DNA from: Squalus acanthias
Lineage: Eukaryota
Length of the DNA: 64,000 nucleotides
Reading direction: 5' to 3'
Assembly (NCBI GenBank): GCA_030390025.1
Contig: CM059432.1
Span: forward strand, 64,296,001 to 64,360,000
Shown in pieces: positions 49,282 to 63,173 of the stretch. The first letter of the stretch is position 1. Each line of letters starts with the position of its first letter. A program made the position numbers and the translations under genes. Below the pieces are notes generated by a model. The model was not told the origin of the DNA and made no database searches. It saw nothing but the letters and a program-made list of their open reading frames with translations.

Positions 49282-49887
49282 TTTCGCCGGTTTGGTATTC
49301 CCTAGTCTTACCAGGCATACAGCCAGCGATCCTATGGTGGGTCGTTCCGAGGACAAGGAATGTGGTACTTTTGTTGTTGAAAGTTCCTGCCCCAAGCCCC
49401 ACCTCCCTTACACTGCTGCCCTTGTAAGGGACAGATGCGGGCTCTGCCCCTTATAACACCTGTGGAAATTCTGACACGTCCAGGTCCTTATCTAATTTCC
49501 GGCCCTTCTGGCAAGTAATGCTAGAAAAGTTGTGTATTTTCAGCTCCAATATTATCGTGACAAAATGAGGTATACAGTTCTTTGTCTCTTCCGGCTCCAA
49601 AAAAGAAAAAAAAATGTGTTTAACAGAAGATGTCCCTTTAATGGGTATCTCTTGTGCAGCAATAAGTACGTATAAAATCCTTAGCTCTGTATGTGTCCCA
49701 GCACAGCAGGTTTCAGAATCAGAACTAACATTTTAATATTGATTGTGCATTGAAGGGCCTTTATGTACAAGCCAGGAGTCTTACATTTTGTCCCGAGACT
49801 TTTAATACAACATGCTCTAATGACATAAGCAAAGAAATTCCCAGGAAGTATAACTTCTTGCCACCACTGAGTCTGATAGCACACTGC

Positions 49888-50035
49888 TTATAAAAATAAG
49901 TCTGACCTATTGTAAAAATAGGTTTATGATTTGTAAAAATAGGTTTATGATTTGTAAAAATAGTTCTATAACTTATAACAATAGTCTATAACTTGTAAGA
50001 ATAGGATTGTCTACAATTTGTAAAAATAGGTCTAA
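49888..50035. repeat. degenerate tandem repeat of about 21 bp (about 7 units)
   Basis: ttgtaaaaataggtttatgat-like units. Confidence 0.8.
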
Positions 50036-50539
50036 TTGTCTTGTACTAATTTTTTGAATGTTCCTAACCAACTCAACAATTTGAACATTCTGGCTTAATT
50101 GAATACTAACCAAATAGTTACCAGGGTTCCTTGGATTTAAATAGCTGCCAAGTAAATTGAAAACTGACTGTCAGTCATACACATCACCGCGCAAAGCACA
50201 TAAGAGCTGTGAAATTCCTCAGAGGGCTTTTGGGGCTGGATGTAGCATCTGCTTTCTGTTTCAGCCGGAACAACAGATAAAATAGTCCATGGGTGACAAT
50301 TATTACTTGTTGAATTTTATAGCAGCACAGTAACTCCACAATAAGATAATAGTTTGACTGCTGAATTTCAAATGCTAAAATCACTCTTGTTTTTATTTTA
50401 TGAAAATGGTAAATGTGTTAATAAATGTGTGCTTCAGTTTTTACCTGGTAAAAACAGCATAAGATGTAGCCCATATCAAATAACTTTGTCTTGACTTGGG
50501 AGCGGGGCCCGGGGTGGGGGGCGGGGGGAGGGGCGGGGG

Positions 50540-50817
50540 GGGGATGGTGGAATTGGACCTTGTTGTACTTATTTTCCAGTCGCAAAACGGGGGCACAGAG
50601 ATCCAATTTAAGGGGTCAAGCTCCCTGGCCCGGACAATGTCAGAAACATGTCTGATGCTATGTTCATGCAGGCACTGTAGAGGCATTTCTGGCGTCAGCA
50701 TTATACCCCTTGAATATGCCAACATCGATCAGGCCTCAAGCCTACCTGTTTCGGCACAGGGATCATTTCCTGCACTCAGTTTACTCTGGAAGCCGGTGCG
50801 ATCCAATTTATAGCCCA
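50540..50817. mobile_element. degenerate MITE-like element
   Basis: aattggacc / gatccaatttatagccc termini. Confidence 0.45.
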
Positions 50818-51177
50818 GGTTGTCTGGTTGGAATTCTTTTGCGTTACCGCTAGAATTATTCGGCTGCTTTGGATTATTTAGTGGATTTTAAATTGCTATC
50901 TTTTAATTAGAAATGTGCTTAATAACTAAATAACTCTTTTATTTGGTCACACCGAGTAAGTGACCTACTCAGTTCTTATATTCATATATTCAGAAAACTG
51001 GACTGCAGTAATGACTCAGATTCATTTTCTGTATTGTGGAGAAGACTTATCACTCAATGACCCAGTTTCAAAGACAAGTTGCCATTTCTGTGCAAACATG
51101 GTACGCTCAATACTGTATTGATAAACTCAGCCGCCTTTTTTGTCGTCAATATAAACTGCGGTCAATAGTGCAGTCCA

Positions 51178-52547
51178 GAATGCTAGAGTCCATTATAAAG
51201 GATGTAATAGCTGAGCACTTGAAAAACAGTGACAGGATCGGACAAAGTCAACATGGATTTACAAAAGGTAAATCATGCTTGACTAATCTACTGGAATTTT
51301 TTGAGGATGTAACTGGGAAAATAGATAAGGGAGAACCAGTAGATGTGGTGTATTTGGACTTTCAAAAGGCTTTCGATAAGGTCCCACATAAGAGATTAGC
51401 GTGTAAAGTTAAGGCACATGGGATTGGGGGCAAGGTATTGACTTGGATAGAGAACTGGTTGGCGGACAGAAAGCAGAGAGTAGGAATTAATGGGTCATTT
51501 TCCGAGTGGCAGGCAGTGACTAGTAGGGTACCGCAGGGATCGGTCCTTGGACCCCAGCTATTCACAATATACATTAATGATCTAGATAAGGGGACTAAAT
51601 GTAATATCTCCAAGTTTGCAGATGACACAAAGCTGGGTGGGCGTGTGTGCTGCGAGGAGGATACCGAGAAACTCCAGGATGATTTGGACAGGTTGGGTGA
51701 GTGTGCAGAAGCGTGGCAGATGCAATATAACGTGGATAAATGCGAGGTTATCCACTTTGGTGTCAAAAACAGAAAGGCAGACTATTATCTGAATGGCAAT
51801 AGATTGGGAGAAGGGGAAGTGCAACGAGACCTGGGTGTCCTTGTGCACCAGTCGCTGAAGGTAAGCATGCAGGTGCAGCAGGTGGTGAAGAAGGCAAATG
51901 GTATGTTGGCCTTCATAGCGAAAGGGTTTGAGTATAGGAACAGGGATGTCCTGCTGCAGTTGTACAGGGCCTTGGTGAGACCACACCTTGAGTACTGTGT
52001 GCAGTTTTGGTCGCCTTATCTGAGGAAGGATGTTCTTGCCATGGAAGGAGTTCAGTGAAGATTCACAAGGCTGATACCTGGGATGGCAAGAATTACATAT
52101 GAGGAGAGATTGGGCCAATTGGGCTTATACTCGCTGGAGTATAGAAGAATGAGAGAGGATCTCATCGAAACATATAAAATTCTGACACGTCTGGACAAAC
52201 TAGATGCAGGAAGAATGTTCCCGATGGTCGGAGAGTCCAGAACCAGGGGTCATAATCTAAGGATAAGGGGTAAGCCATTTAGGACAGAAATGAGGAAGAA
52301 TTTCTTCACTCAGAGAGTGGTGAACCTGTGGAATTCTCTACCACAGAAGGTAGTTGAGGCCAAGTCATTAAATATATTCAAGAATGAGTTAGATATATTT
52401 CTTAAAGCTAAAGGTATCAAGGGATATGGGGAGAAGGCAGGTACAGGGTACTGAGTTTGGATGATCAGCCATGATCTCATCGAATGGCAGAGCAGGCTCA
52501 AGGGGCCGAATGGTCTACTCCTGCTCCTATCTTCTATGTTTCTATGT
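51178..52547 (+). mobile_element. 5'-truncated CR1 (RT to 3' tail), well preserved
   Basis: Open RT core within ORF 51036-52058; one TGA at 52056-52058 where R is expected (VQRRF); same frame resumes at 52083-52454. Confidence 0.93.
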
Positions 52548-53072
52548 AAGCTCATATTACTCTGTCATAATAAGAAATGTATCTGACGCCTCAGTCCTGC
52601 TCCCCATTGTTTTGCACAAGTCAGAACCGACAATGTCAATGTACAATTCCTTGTATGTATCGACATGAAATTATCTCTGAAATAAAACTGAAAATGAAAC
52701 ACAGTCGGCATGTAAAAGAGAAAAGTTAATATTTTGGTGGGGTCCCATCCTCAAAACTATTATGAAACATTAACTTGTTTTTCCCTTTTTGAAAGGAAGC
52801 AGACTTACTATGTGCTTCCAGCATTTTCTGGTTTTTTTATTTCAGATTTCCAGTATTTTTTCTTTTTATCTCTTAAATTACCTCTGGCATTCTTCAGTCT
52901 ATCTACTCAATTTATCCACCCATCCATTTGAATGCTATCAAACTTGTCTACACTCTGGTTGCATAACTTCGTTTCACTAGCAAATGTTATCATTTACTAC
53001 GAAATACCCTTGTCCATGTCATTTTTGAATAATATCGTACAGAATACAGAACAGACCCCAAAGGGACTCAAG

Positions 53073-53242
53073 GAGATTGATTTTGACTTTGTACGACAGT
53101 GTAAAAAAGGTGATAGCAAATTGGCAGCCCATTTTACATCTCCATTGAAATAAATAAAAATAAAAATCAGGAGAGATGTAAAACGGGCTGCCGATTCGCT
53201 ATCACCCATTTTACACTATTGCACAAAGTCAAAATCTACCCC
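53073..53242. mobile_element. 170-bp palindromic MITE
   Basis: Inverted arms of about 70 bp around an A-rich loop; AAG at 53070-53072 and 53243-53245. Confidence 0.8.
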
Positions 53243-53254
53243 AAGTAGTCATAC

Positions 53255-54800
53255 CCCCCGGACAGAGCCATGTTGATTTGTCTTCATCTAATGATCTCTA
53301 TTGCTATGCCGATTTTTAATTGAACTGACAAATTTTCTGTTATTTTCCATACACCTTTAAATTTTCCTTAAAATCTTCTTGGTGCAGAGCTTTATCAAAT
53401 TCTTTCTGAAAATTCAAGTTCATTGCATTTACTGAATACCTTTCAATTAATTCTAGTAGATTTGTGAAACACAACCTAAAACTATGATGAAGACCCACCG
53501 TAACGTCATTGTAGTTTGGATGAACATTGACAGTGTTATGTAGAATACAGACAACCATTTATTCTGCCACGAACAGGTCTATAATTGCCTGATTGATGTC
53601 TTATTCTTTTTCTGAATATTGAGATTATATTTGATATCCTGCGGTCCTTAGGTGCAACACTTGCATTTATTTAGCTCCTAAAGATATTAGTAGGATTTTA
53701 CCTACTTCCTCATTCATTTCCTTGAGGAATCCACAGTGTATTCCCATTCCATATGTTTATTACTTTGATGACATAGAATCATAGAAAGTTACAGCACGGA
53801 AGGAGGCCATTTCGGCCCATCGTGTCCGTGCCGGCCAACAAAGATCTATCCAGCCTAATCCCACTTCCCAGCTCTTGGTCCGTAGCCCTGCAGGTTAGAG
53901 CATCCCAAGTGCACATCCAAGTACTTTTTAAATGTGGTTAGGGTTCCTGCCTCTACCACCCTTTCAGGCAGTGAGTTCCAGACCCCCACAACCCTCTGGG
54001 TGAAGAAATTTCCCCTCAAATCCCCTCTAAACCTTCCACCAATTACTTTACATATGGTTTATTGACATCAACCTATGTTACATATTGCCAAACCACTTTG
54101 ACTGGTTCTGGAATTTGTCCATACTGCTCATTTTACACATAAGCCATTTCCTCATTTCTCCCTTGATAATTTTACTTATACCATCTATTGAAATATCAAA
54201 ATGGTCTTTAACATTCTGCCTACTTCATTAATAGGTAAAAATAACTATTTTGATGCCTCTTGCTACTTTTGATTATCTGCTTATCAATTTCCTTTTACCG
54301 CTTCTCACCATCTTCACTATTCTCTCAGTTCTTTGTCTTTCTAAAATAATTATTCTTATCCTTTAAATTATTCTTCACCGCCTCATTTAGTCACTGTCTA
54401 CTTTTTTTTATTTCCCTCTTTTCCTCACAGTAAATTGCGCCTTTGAACATTCTTAAAATATCGTTAAGCATTTTTTTCTATCATTGGTTTATTTTCTAGT
54501 GCTGTCTCATACTTAATCCTTCCTAGTACACTCCTCGGAGAGTCAACATTTGAGCAAATCCATATTTTATAAATCTCATCAGCAGTCACTTATTACCTCC
54601 ATTAAATTGTTTGCATTTTTACCACTCACTTGTGATTGTCCCTGGACTATACATTATGTACCTTCATGATTATCATTTTACAGTTCCTGTAGTCTCTCTT
54701 ATTTGTATAATTATCTTCTACTTATTCATTCTGTGTTCATGCTCAATAGCAATTTCCAGTTATTACTGTTATTATTTCCATTCCCCTTATTGTTAACTGG
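53255..54800 (-). mobile_element. highly decayed CR1-like ORF2, with a younger CR1 3' end at about 53772-54050
   Basis: Remnants LNFQKEFDK and FTNLLE; catagaatcataga tail at 53772. Confidence 0.55.
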
Positions 54801-54824
54801 TATGTCCTTCTCATGAATGGAAAG

Positions 54825-55250
54825 GAAATGAAAGCCAACATGGATTTGTTAAAGGCAAATGGTGTTTGACTAACTTGATTGAGTTCTTTGATGAAGTAAT
54901 GGAGAGAGTTGATGAGGGTAGCGTGGTTGATGTTGTGTACGTGGACTTTCAAAAGGTGTTTGATAGAGTACCACATAATAGACTTGTTAGCAAAATTGAA
55001 GTCCATGGGATTAAAGGGCAGTGGCTGCATGGATACGGAATTGGCTAAGGGACTGAAAGCAGAGAGTAGTGGTGAATGGTTGTTTATCAGACTGGAGGGA
55101 AGTGTGCAGTGGTGTCCCTGGGTGTTGGTGTTGGGACACTGCTCCTTTTGATATATATATTAATAACCTGGACTTGGGTATACAGGACATAATTTTAAAG
55201 TTTACAGGTGACAAGAAATTCAGAAATGTCATAACGAGTGAGGAGGAAAA
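54825..55250 (+). mobile_element. CR1 RT fragment
   Basis: TNLIEFFDEV...VDFQKVFDRVPH. Confidence 0.85.
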
Positions 55251-56886
55251 TTCCTGGAAATCATGGTCTCCAAGCTCAGCGCAAAACCCCATGCAATGTT
55301 GGAGCTGGACTCCTCCGTGTTCCTTGACACTGGCAAGAGGCTCTCTTGCAGGCTTGCCATTGCACCTAGCATTTCTGTGTGCATGCTCAGCACCCTTCTT
55401 CTGAAGCTCGCCCCATTGAGGTAATCATCTGAGTCCTGAGCAGCAGAACTCATGCGCGAACTCGCCCTCCGGGGAACTGGCAGCCGAGCTACCCTTTCCC
55501 CCTGACCTGGCTGCAGCCCACTCATGCCTGGTGACTCGCCACCTGCAGATCCCACCTCTGTACTACCCTATTTTTCTGAGCTGGTGTCTGCGAGTGTCAG
55601 ATGCATTGCCGTTGTGTCTTCTTCTTCTCCATCACTCTCCTCCTCCAGAACTTCAGTGACAGGCTAGGCTGGTGGCAGTTCTTGGGTATCTGAAAGGAGA
55701 AATGCACAAGGGTCGGGTTGTGGTGAGGGGAGGGGGGGAAAGCAAGATATCCATGCATACACCATCAGCAGATTGTAAGTGTGAAGAGACTGTGAGATGA
55801 GGGGAAGTGGGATATGAGAAGAAGGATTAGGTATGAGCATACTGTCATCATCAGCAATGCTTTCCACTTTCCCGCTCACCACGGAGTCTGTGACTGCCTC
55901 TCCAATTAATTTGAGTACTGCTTCTTGCAGGTCCGTGAGGTTCTCAATTCTGGCTTGCCCTCCACCCATCTGCTGGTACTCCTGGTGGTTGTGTGCTACC
56001 TTGGCCTGCAAGAGAAAGGGAAGTTTGTCAGTGAGTCAATGTGTTTACTTTGTGGTGGTTTTTATTTCAGCATAGTGGCCAAGAGGACGCCGTGATGGCC
56101 AATAACAGAGGGAAGGTAAGGTGTGGGACAAATGTTGAAAGGGGAATTGGGGTTTTAGTCACTGGTACCGCAGGTGGATGATTCGATCCTGGATATCCCG
56201 GCCAGAAAGGGGCTGCCTGGGTTGCATCCTTCCTTCTGCTTCCTCATCTTCTGCTTCCTCCTCTTCAGCTTCTTCCTCTTCAGCTTCTTCCTCTTCTGTG
56301 TCTTCCTCTTCCCTCTGTGAGCGGATGCTGTAAATTTGAAATGACAGCATAAAATGCTGAAAATACTCAGCAGGTCAGGCAGCATTTCGACCTGAGACGT
56401 GAACTCTGTTTCTCGCTCCATGGATGTTGCCAACCTGCTGAGTATTTGCAGCATTTTCTGCCTTTTCAGAGGCCTTCCTTTACATTCCAAGGCCTTGCAA
56501 GTGTCCAGCAGCACTCCCTACACACTTAAAAAACCTTTAACATTTATTGCAGCAAGCCACTACTCCAATAAAACCAAATAATCCAGTCCAAAAGTTTAAA
56601 TGCCTCTGTCAATCTGCTTGCACGCTGGGTTTAGGACCGAGAGCTGAACTCAGCGCAAGGGTCGAAGTTCGCCGTGGTGATGTTAAGTCGGCATTGCACG
56701 CCGACTAACGTCACCACTCCGGCATTTCTTTTGCAGGGCGTTACTTCAGAACGGCAGCGCTACCGGAACTTTGAAAATGGAGGATGCCGCTTAACCCGTC
56801 ACCAACTGATGGAAGAGTGACAGCCGCTGCTTTCTTGACATTACACTGCGCTAATGGTGGTGCTACGGTCGGGAATTTCTTCCCCC
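55251..56886 (-). mobile_element. rearranged Harbinger element: Myb exons 2-3, an acidic transposase-like C-terminus, one TIR
   Basis: cag|AKVAHNHQEYQQMGGG; EEEE...QPLSGRDIQDRIIHLRY; terminus aatttcttccccc. Confidence 0.6.
56321..56462. mobile_element. decayed fold-back PLE insertion (P2)
   Basis: aaaatgctgaaaatactcagcagg ... cctgctgagtatttgcagcatttt inverted pair, homologous to 23249-23350. Confidence 0.7.
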
Positions 56887-56934
56887 TTGTCTGATATCTA
56901 ATCTTGAATAAAAATTGTGAAGATCAAAGCTATT

Positions 56935-57648
56935 GGGCCGGATTTTCCAATCGGAGGCTTCCTGCGTACGGATGCCTCCGATCGGGAAAAATCTACGCAT
57001 TTACCTGCTGGCTCCGTAGGTCCTGAGACTTCCGATCCTGGGCCTCTCCTGGTCCGCGCGTGCAGAGGCTCAGGTATCCCAGGGGCGCAGGCGGTTCGCA
57101 AGTGCCCCTGGGATCACGTGGACCATGGGGAACCAATCAAAGAAGGGAATCCCCCTTCACACTTTTGACAGGGAATCACATTTAAAAACATTAAATACAT
57201 TTTTTTTAAATCACATATTTAAAATGAGTTAAAATTACATTAAATTAAATATTTTAAACAAAAGAATTAATTTTTTGAAAAAAATAATTAACGTTTTTTA
57301 CGGGGCTAAAAATAAACTTACCTTTTTTAAAAGTATTTTTAAATTATAAATGAGTGAAAAAAAATTATTTTAAAAAAATTTTTTGAAACTCTTATGCTGG
57401 TAAAATCAGGCCTTATGCCTGCTTTTACCAGGCGTAAGATTTTTAAAGGTGTTCAGCGGGCGGAGGTTGTGCAGAAAGTGGAACTCTCCACCCACAGAGG
57501 CCCTTCTCCAGGGCGGGTGGATGATCTGTCAAGAGGAAGTGCTGGGTTTTAGCGCATGCGCTTCGCATGCCTGAAACCAGCACTTGCGAGGCCCCTATTG
57601 TGCGAAGTACACTTCGTACGTGCCCATGGGGGTCAGAATATCCGGCCC
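56935..57648. mobile_element. Harbinger-type MITE with AT-rich core
   Basis: TIR gggccggat / atccggccc; ATT at 56932-56934 and 57649-57651; inverted relative of 46969-47713. Confidence 0.85.
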
Positions 57649-58310
57649 ATTGTCTTTGACCACCACAAAAAATAGACTTCAGGCGAAATATATTCAGTTG
57701 AAATACAAGAACAAGCTAGCCAATAATGACAAACCATGGATGAATAAAGAGATATGAGTAAAATTGAAACTAAAGAAAAAGGCATACATGAAGTACATAG
57801 ACAATAAAGGATAACATGACAGAAGGGAATATGAAGAGGTTAGGAAATAAGTCAAGAAAAACAATTGGGAAAGCAAAAAGGAACTATAAAATTTAATTAT
57901 CGAGGAATATAAAAAAGAATGAGTAAAGTATTCTACAGACACATCAATAAAAAAGAAAAATCAGGATAGGGCTAGGGCCAATAAAAGATGTACAAGAAAA
58001 ACTCACAGCGAAATGGCAGAAATATTGAATAGTTACTTTGCCTCAGTATTTAACAGGAAAACTAACAAGGTGGGCATGACATCAGAAGAAGAGATCAAAA
58101 AAGATATAAAGACATTTAAGATAGAAATGGGGGAGATAGAAAGGAGGAAGATAATTGTAAACTTAGAGACCCCTGGTCCAGATGAATTACATCTGCGCAT
58201 ATTAAAAGAAGTTAGGAAAGAAATAGCAGAGGCACTATTACATATAACAATTCATTAGAAAAGGGAATAGTGCCAGAGGACTGGTGGACAGCTAATGTTA
58301 TTTTTATATA

Positions 58311-58530
58311 TGATGCGGAGATGCCGGTGTTGGACTGGGGTGGACAAAAATGAGAAGTCGCACAACACCAGGTTATAGTCCAACAGTTTTATTTAAAATT
58401 ACGAGCTTTCGGAGCTGCTGCCCCTTCGTCGGGTAACCTTTACCTGATGAAGGGGCAGCAGCTCCGAAAGCTCGTAATTTTAAATAAAACTGTTGGACTA
58501 TAACCTGGTGTTGTGCGACTTCTCATTTTT
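58311..58530. mobile_element. minimal Penelope-like fold-back insertion (P1)
   Basis: Inverted arms meet at about 58437; atttttatatat duplicated at 58300-58311 and 58525-58536. Confidence 0.88.
58440..58477 (+). ncRNA. minimal hammerhead ribozyme motif
   Basis: ttac CTGATGA a ggggc agca gctcc GAAA gctc gtaa. Confidence 0.73.
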
Positions 58531-60099
58531 ATATATAAAAAGGGAGATAGAACAAGTCCCAGGAACTATAGACCAGTTAGCTTAACGTCAGTGGTAGGGA
58601 AGAAAATGGAATCTTTACTCAAAAATGTAATAGAAAAACATCTAGAAACCGAAAATATAATAAATAGTCAGCATGGATTTCAAATGGGAAGATCATGCTT
58701 GATAAATCTTATTACATTCTTTGAAGAAGTGACAGAAAGAGTAGACAAGGGTAATGCAATTGGATTTTAAAAAGGCGTTGATAACCTACCACACTGCAGA
58801 CTCATAACTAAGGTCAGAACATGTGGAGTCAGGGGGCAGGTAGCAGAATGGATAGCAAGCTGGCTACAAAACAGAAAGCAGAGAGTAGGGGTTATGGGTA
58901 GCAACTGAGACTGGCAAAAGGTGGAAAGTGGTGTCCCACAGGGATCGGTGCTGGGACCACTGTTGTTCACAATTCACATTAATGATTTGGACTCTGGAAT
59001 TGGAAGTACAATTTCAAAATTTGGGAGGTGTGGTTAATACAAAAGAAAGAATGTGACAGAATACAGCACAACATTAATAAAGTTGTAGAATGGGTGTGTA
59101 ATTGCCAAATTAATTTCAATATAGGTAAGTGTGAGGTGGTCATTTTGGTAGGAAGAATAAGGGGGCCACACACTGCCTGGATAATAAAAGTCTAAATGGG
59201 GTAGAGGAGCAAAGAGATCTAGGGGTACAGGTACACAAATCGCAAAAAGTATCGACACAGATTAATAAGACCATAAAAAGAGCAAACCAAGCACTGGGGT
59301 TCATTTCTAGAGGGATAGGACTGAAAATCAGAGAATTATGTTAAACCGGTATAGAACCTTGGTTGGACCACACTTGAAATATTGTGCACAGTGTGGTCTC
59401 CACAGTATAAAAAGGATATAGAGGCAATGGAGAAGGTGCAAAAAAATATTCACAAGCTTGATACCAGAACTGATAGGATGCACTTATCAGGAAAGGCTAA
59501 ACAGGCTGGGGCTCTTTTCTCTTGAAAAGAGAAGGCTACCTTCGGATGTTTTTCTATTTTAAAACTGCTATATAAATGCAAGTTGTTGTTGTTCTTGTAC
59601 ATGTGACAGCAACCATTGGATTGTTTGGCTACTTACCCTTTCCAGATTAGGTATCATGCCCACTTGTGATAAAGAGGTAATTTTCATACAAATGCATTTA
59701 TGTAGCACCTTTGATTCCTTTATAACATTGTATTAATGGCTATCTCAAGGATACATTGAAAAAAATTAATCAACAGCTCAGGATAAGTATTCCCATTTTA
59801 GGGGTTTAGGTATGGTTTCACTATCAGGGATCCAGAAATTCAGATATTCACAAAACCCAAAATTGATGTTGAACTAAAATCCAGTCCCCTTTAATCCGCT
59901 GGGAAAACAAAACTTCCCTGGTTTGGGCCGAGACACTTATCCCTGTCTCAGCAGTCTAGACCACTGGAAAATAAAGGGCTCCTTTTCAGGCTGTTGGAGA
60001 TAAGGGAATTTTTCCCAGTTTCATGATATCATCTGAAGGTTACTGCTGCCCTACTGGTAGCAAAAGGTGACTGAAGTTGTCCTGACCCACAGTTTTAAA

Positions 60100-61890
60100 G
60101 GCAGGAGTTTAAAAAAATCTATGTTTATTATTGTGCTCCACATGGTAGGGATATTTGCCCATTCCTAATTCTTGGCTGTTTTGTGCAAAGTGTGCAATAC
60201 ACTTTAGTCTTGTGCTGGTAGGATAAACTGAGATTTTTTTTAGTGTCTTGTTGGTCTGGGAGTGGTTGATCTGAATCTGACCTTTGGGACTACTTTGGAG
60301 TGTTAGACCCATGGCAATCTGAGGCAGATCTGTTACTTTTGGAGACTATTTTTAAATGTTGGTAATATTTGCACAAACTTGTCAGCAACAGTCAGATAAC
60401 AGCGGACGTGTTGTTAATGTTAGCCCTGCCAGACTTAGTGCTGAGACACATTTTCCATTATTGGTTGAAGTCAGTGTGAGATGGTTATTAGTAGTGGACT
60501 AAAATGTGATCTGACTAATGCTGTATAAAGTATCAGTATCACTTCCTTGGATTTGTATTCTGCGGATATCTTTCTATAACCTGATATTGCAGTTTCTTTT
60601 CAAACATTATAATAATGTTTTCTATTACATCGGATCTTTCTGTAGCTTATTATATGTAATGGGATATTCTTCATGCTTGTGAGGTCTTATGAAAGTTTTC
60701 ATCCATCACATTACCATTATTTACCAGTTTATTACTCCCTCAGGGGAGTCCAATATGTTTGCTGTGCCTTTCATATGGCCCTATTGACTTGTGAGTATTG
60801 CTTTTATTCTTGTTACACGTGCTACTGTTGCTTCCTTTCAGACCACAAGGACTTTCCAACTGCATATAACATTCTAAAAGGCTTAGGCTTATGTTTCTAA
60901 TCTTTAAAGAACATGGAGTTTTAGGTACTTTCCAACCTTGTGGTTGTACTACTGTGAGCTGAAAAATAATTTTATCCACAGCTTCCCTTCTTTTTACCCT
61001 CATTTTCTTAAGTATTTTTGGATGTTTTTCATTTAGTTCCACTTACTTATAAGGAATATTCAGGCGCTTTTAATCCCCATTTCAATTCTAACCTCTCCAT
61101 GATATCAAATGAATCTCTTATCAAGTGCAAATACAGTTAGGGGCAGTATGTAAACAATTTTTTTTTAATGAAAACTGCTGTTATAAATAAAGAATTTGCA
61201 TTGCCAGTAATTTTCCCAACCCCTCTTATCTTTAGCGATTCTACTTGTTTTAATTTTAATATTACAATCTTGTTCCCCAACTCTGATTATGTTCCTCTTA
61301 TATCCTTTACAATTTTACAATTTCTTTTTACAGTTAATCTTTATATTCTCAGAATTTTAAAATCAATTTTTAATCTAATTTTATAATCTCCCTTCTTCTC
61401 CATACTCTGAAATCTTTCAAAACATTTTGAGTTTTCTTTTATGCTAAATTTAACTTTCCAATGTAACCATTTAGGTCTTGCTATTGCTCTCCAACTTCTG
61501 TAATATTTAATAAATATAATCTCTCCAATATATCCTCAAAAACACTTACCATACCTCTTCTACATACCTCTCTAGCCATATACGTATCTAAATATGGAAT
61601 TCCCACCATTTCTTATCTTGCAATAAGTCTTATTGATATTCTTTGTTCAGAACATTCCACTTTATGTTACAACTTCTCTCTTTCTTCTTATCATTCTGTA
61701 CCAATGCCTTCCACCTCGATATTTTCTAAGGCCCTAAAACTACTTCATCTAATACTTCAACTCATTAGCACTCTCTTATACCATCATTTCTTCATTTTTC
61801 CTTTATGGTTCCTCCAATGACCTTAACAAGCTCCAAATAATTTTGACTTTACCCACTATATGAATAATTGGTCTTTACTGACATAAGAGT
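60100..61890 (-). mobile_element. possible ancient LINE remnant
   Basis: Purine-biased minus strand; WKVLVV*KEATV near 60825-60860 resembles the RT-upstream motif VPxxWKxAxV. Confidence 0.3.
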
Positions 61891-61894
61891 CTAA

Positions 61895-62196
61895 GGGGGA
61901 GAAATTGAGTCATGCCCCCTTTGGGGCGCTAACTACTTTTAGCGCCCCAAAAAAGTTAGCGCCCCCGCGCCCGAAACTCACCAGTAGCGCCCCAAGAGGG
62001 AGGCGGGGCACTACTGGAAGCACCCCGCCTCCCTCTTGGGGTGCTGTGAGTGAATTTCACAGGGTTAAGTGTCGCAGCGCCACGCTCTGCGGCACTTCAT
62101 GCCGCGATACTGCAGGCCTTCTTCCCCTTTGAAGGAATTTTAATTTTAATCTTAGGGCGCTAACGGGAGGCGCAAATCAACCAAAATTTTAGGCCC
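61895..62196. mobile_element. short internally deleted GC-rich MITE
   Basis: gggggagaaatt start; both ends homologous to 62516-63173. Confidence 0.7.
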
Positions 62197-62515
62197 AAGC
62201 TTTCCAGCCTTGTGTCGCTGATTTTCCAATGGATCTGGGGTGGATGGGGTTGGGAATATGCTTGGGAACATGCTCTGCTGCATCTCTGCCTTTCCCCTGT
62301 TTTCTGGAGGGCAATCCCAAAGACTTCAAAGGTGCCCACTGTACATGTCAATCACAGGTTAATGATGGAAGCATGGCCTCCGCCATATTGCCTGCATTTG
62401 GCCCATTCAAATTCTGATGCCAGGACTACCTTTTAGGCCCCAGTGTCCAGTGTACAATGGTCGGCAGAGGAGACATGGGGATAAGATTGGGAAGGGGCCT
62501 GTGCAAGCACTTTTA

Positions 62516-63173
62516 GGGGGAAGAATTGGGTGGTGCTCCTTTTGGGGCATTATTAGCGCCCCGAAAAAGTTAGCGCCTCTCTGCCGTAAATTCAGTAGTA
62601 GCGCCCCAAGCTCCTGCTTAGGGTGCTATTACTTAATGTCACGGTGCTATGTGCAGCAGCGCCACGCGTGTTGGCACTTAGCACCACGTCATTGCAGGCC
62701 TCCTCCCTGATTAAAAGGGAGGGGCCTAGTACTGCATGTACCAGGACCCTGCCGGACCACCGGGGAGCGGGGTGCCATGAAAACAGCTTGACACTCCGCA
62801 CAACGGCTGGCACCCCGCATACAAAAGTGAAAGGGGGCAGGTGCTGGCAGTCGGCCAAAATAAAAATGGCCGTCCCACACCTTTAACTTGCGCCGCCGCA
62901 ACTGCAAAACCGCCCCCGATTCTGTCCCACATATCGTCTGACGATGGGTCAGGGGGCGCAAGGGAAGTTTGCAGCTGGGGCGCAAACGGGGCACTGCGCA
63001 CAGCAATGATGTCATCGCCGGTGGCACAGTGCCACGGGGCGCTACCGGCTACTGCCGCCGCTAACCTCACGCTGAATTTCGTGGGAGGTGTTAGCGGTGC
63101 CAAGCCCGGGCGCTCAGTGATTTGCCCCCCGGAGGCGCTAACGAGAGGCGCAAACCAACCCAATTTTTCCCCC
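62516..63173. mobile_element. GC-rich Harbinger-type MITE
   Basis: TIR gggggaagaattgggt / acccaatttttccccc; TTA at 62513-62515 and 63174-63176. Confidence 0.9.

Larger units (their letters stand above)
57655..59538 (+). mobile_element. decayed CR1 ORF2 interrupted by a PLE
   Basis: [31 protein letters not shown] sequence. Confidence 0.88.

Noticed and set aside
51036..52058. 340-aa RT ORF as a functional or domesticated gene
   Set aside because: 5'-truncated CR1; the N-terminus is flanking read-through, the endonuclease is missing, and a premature stop is present.
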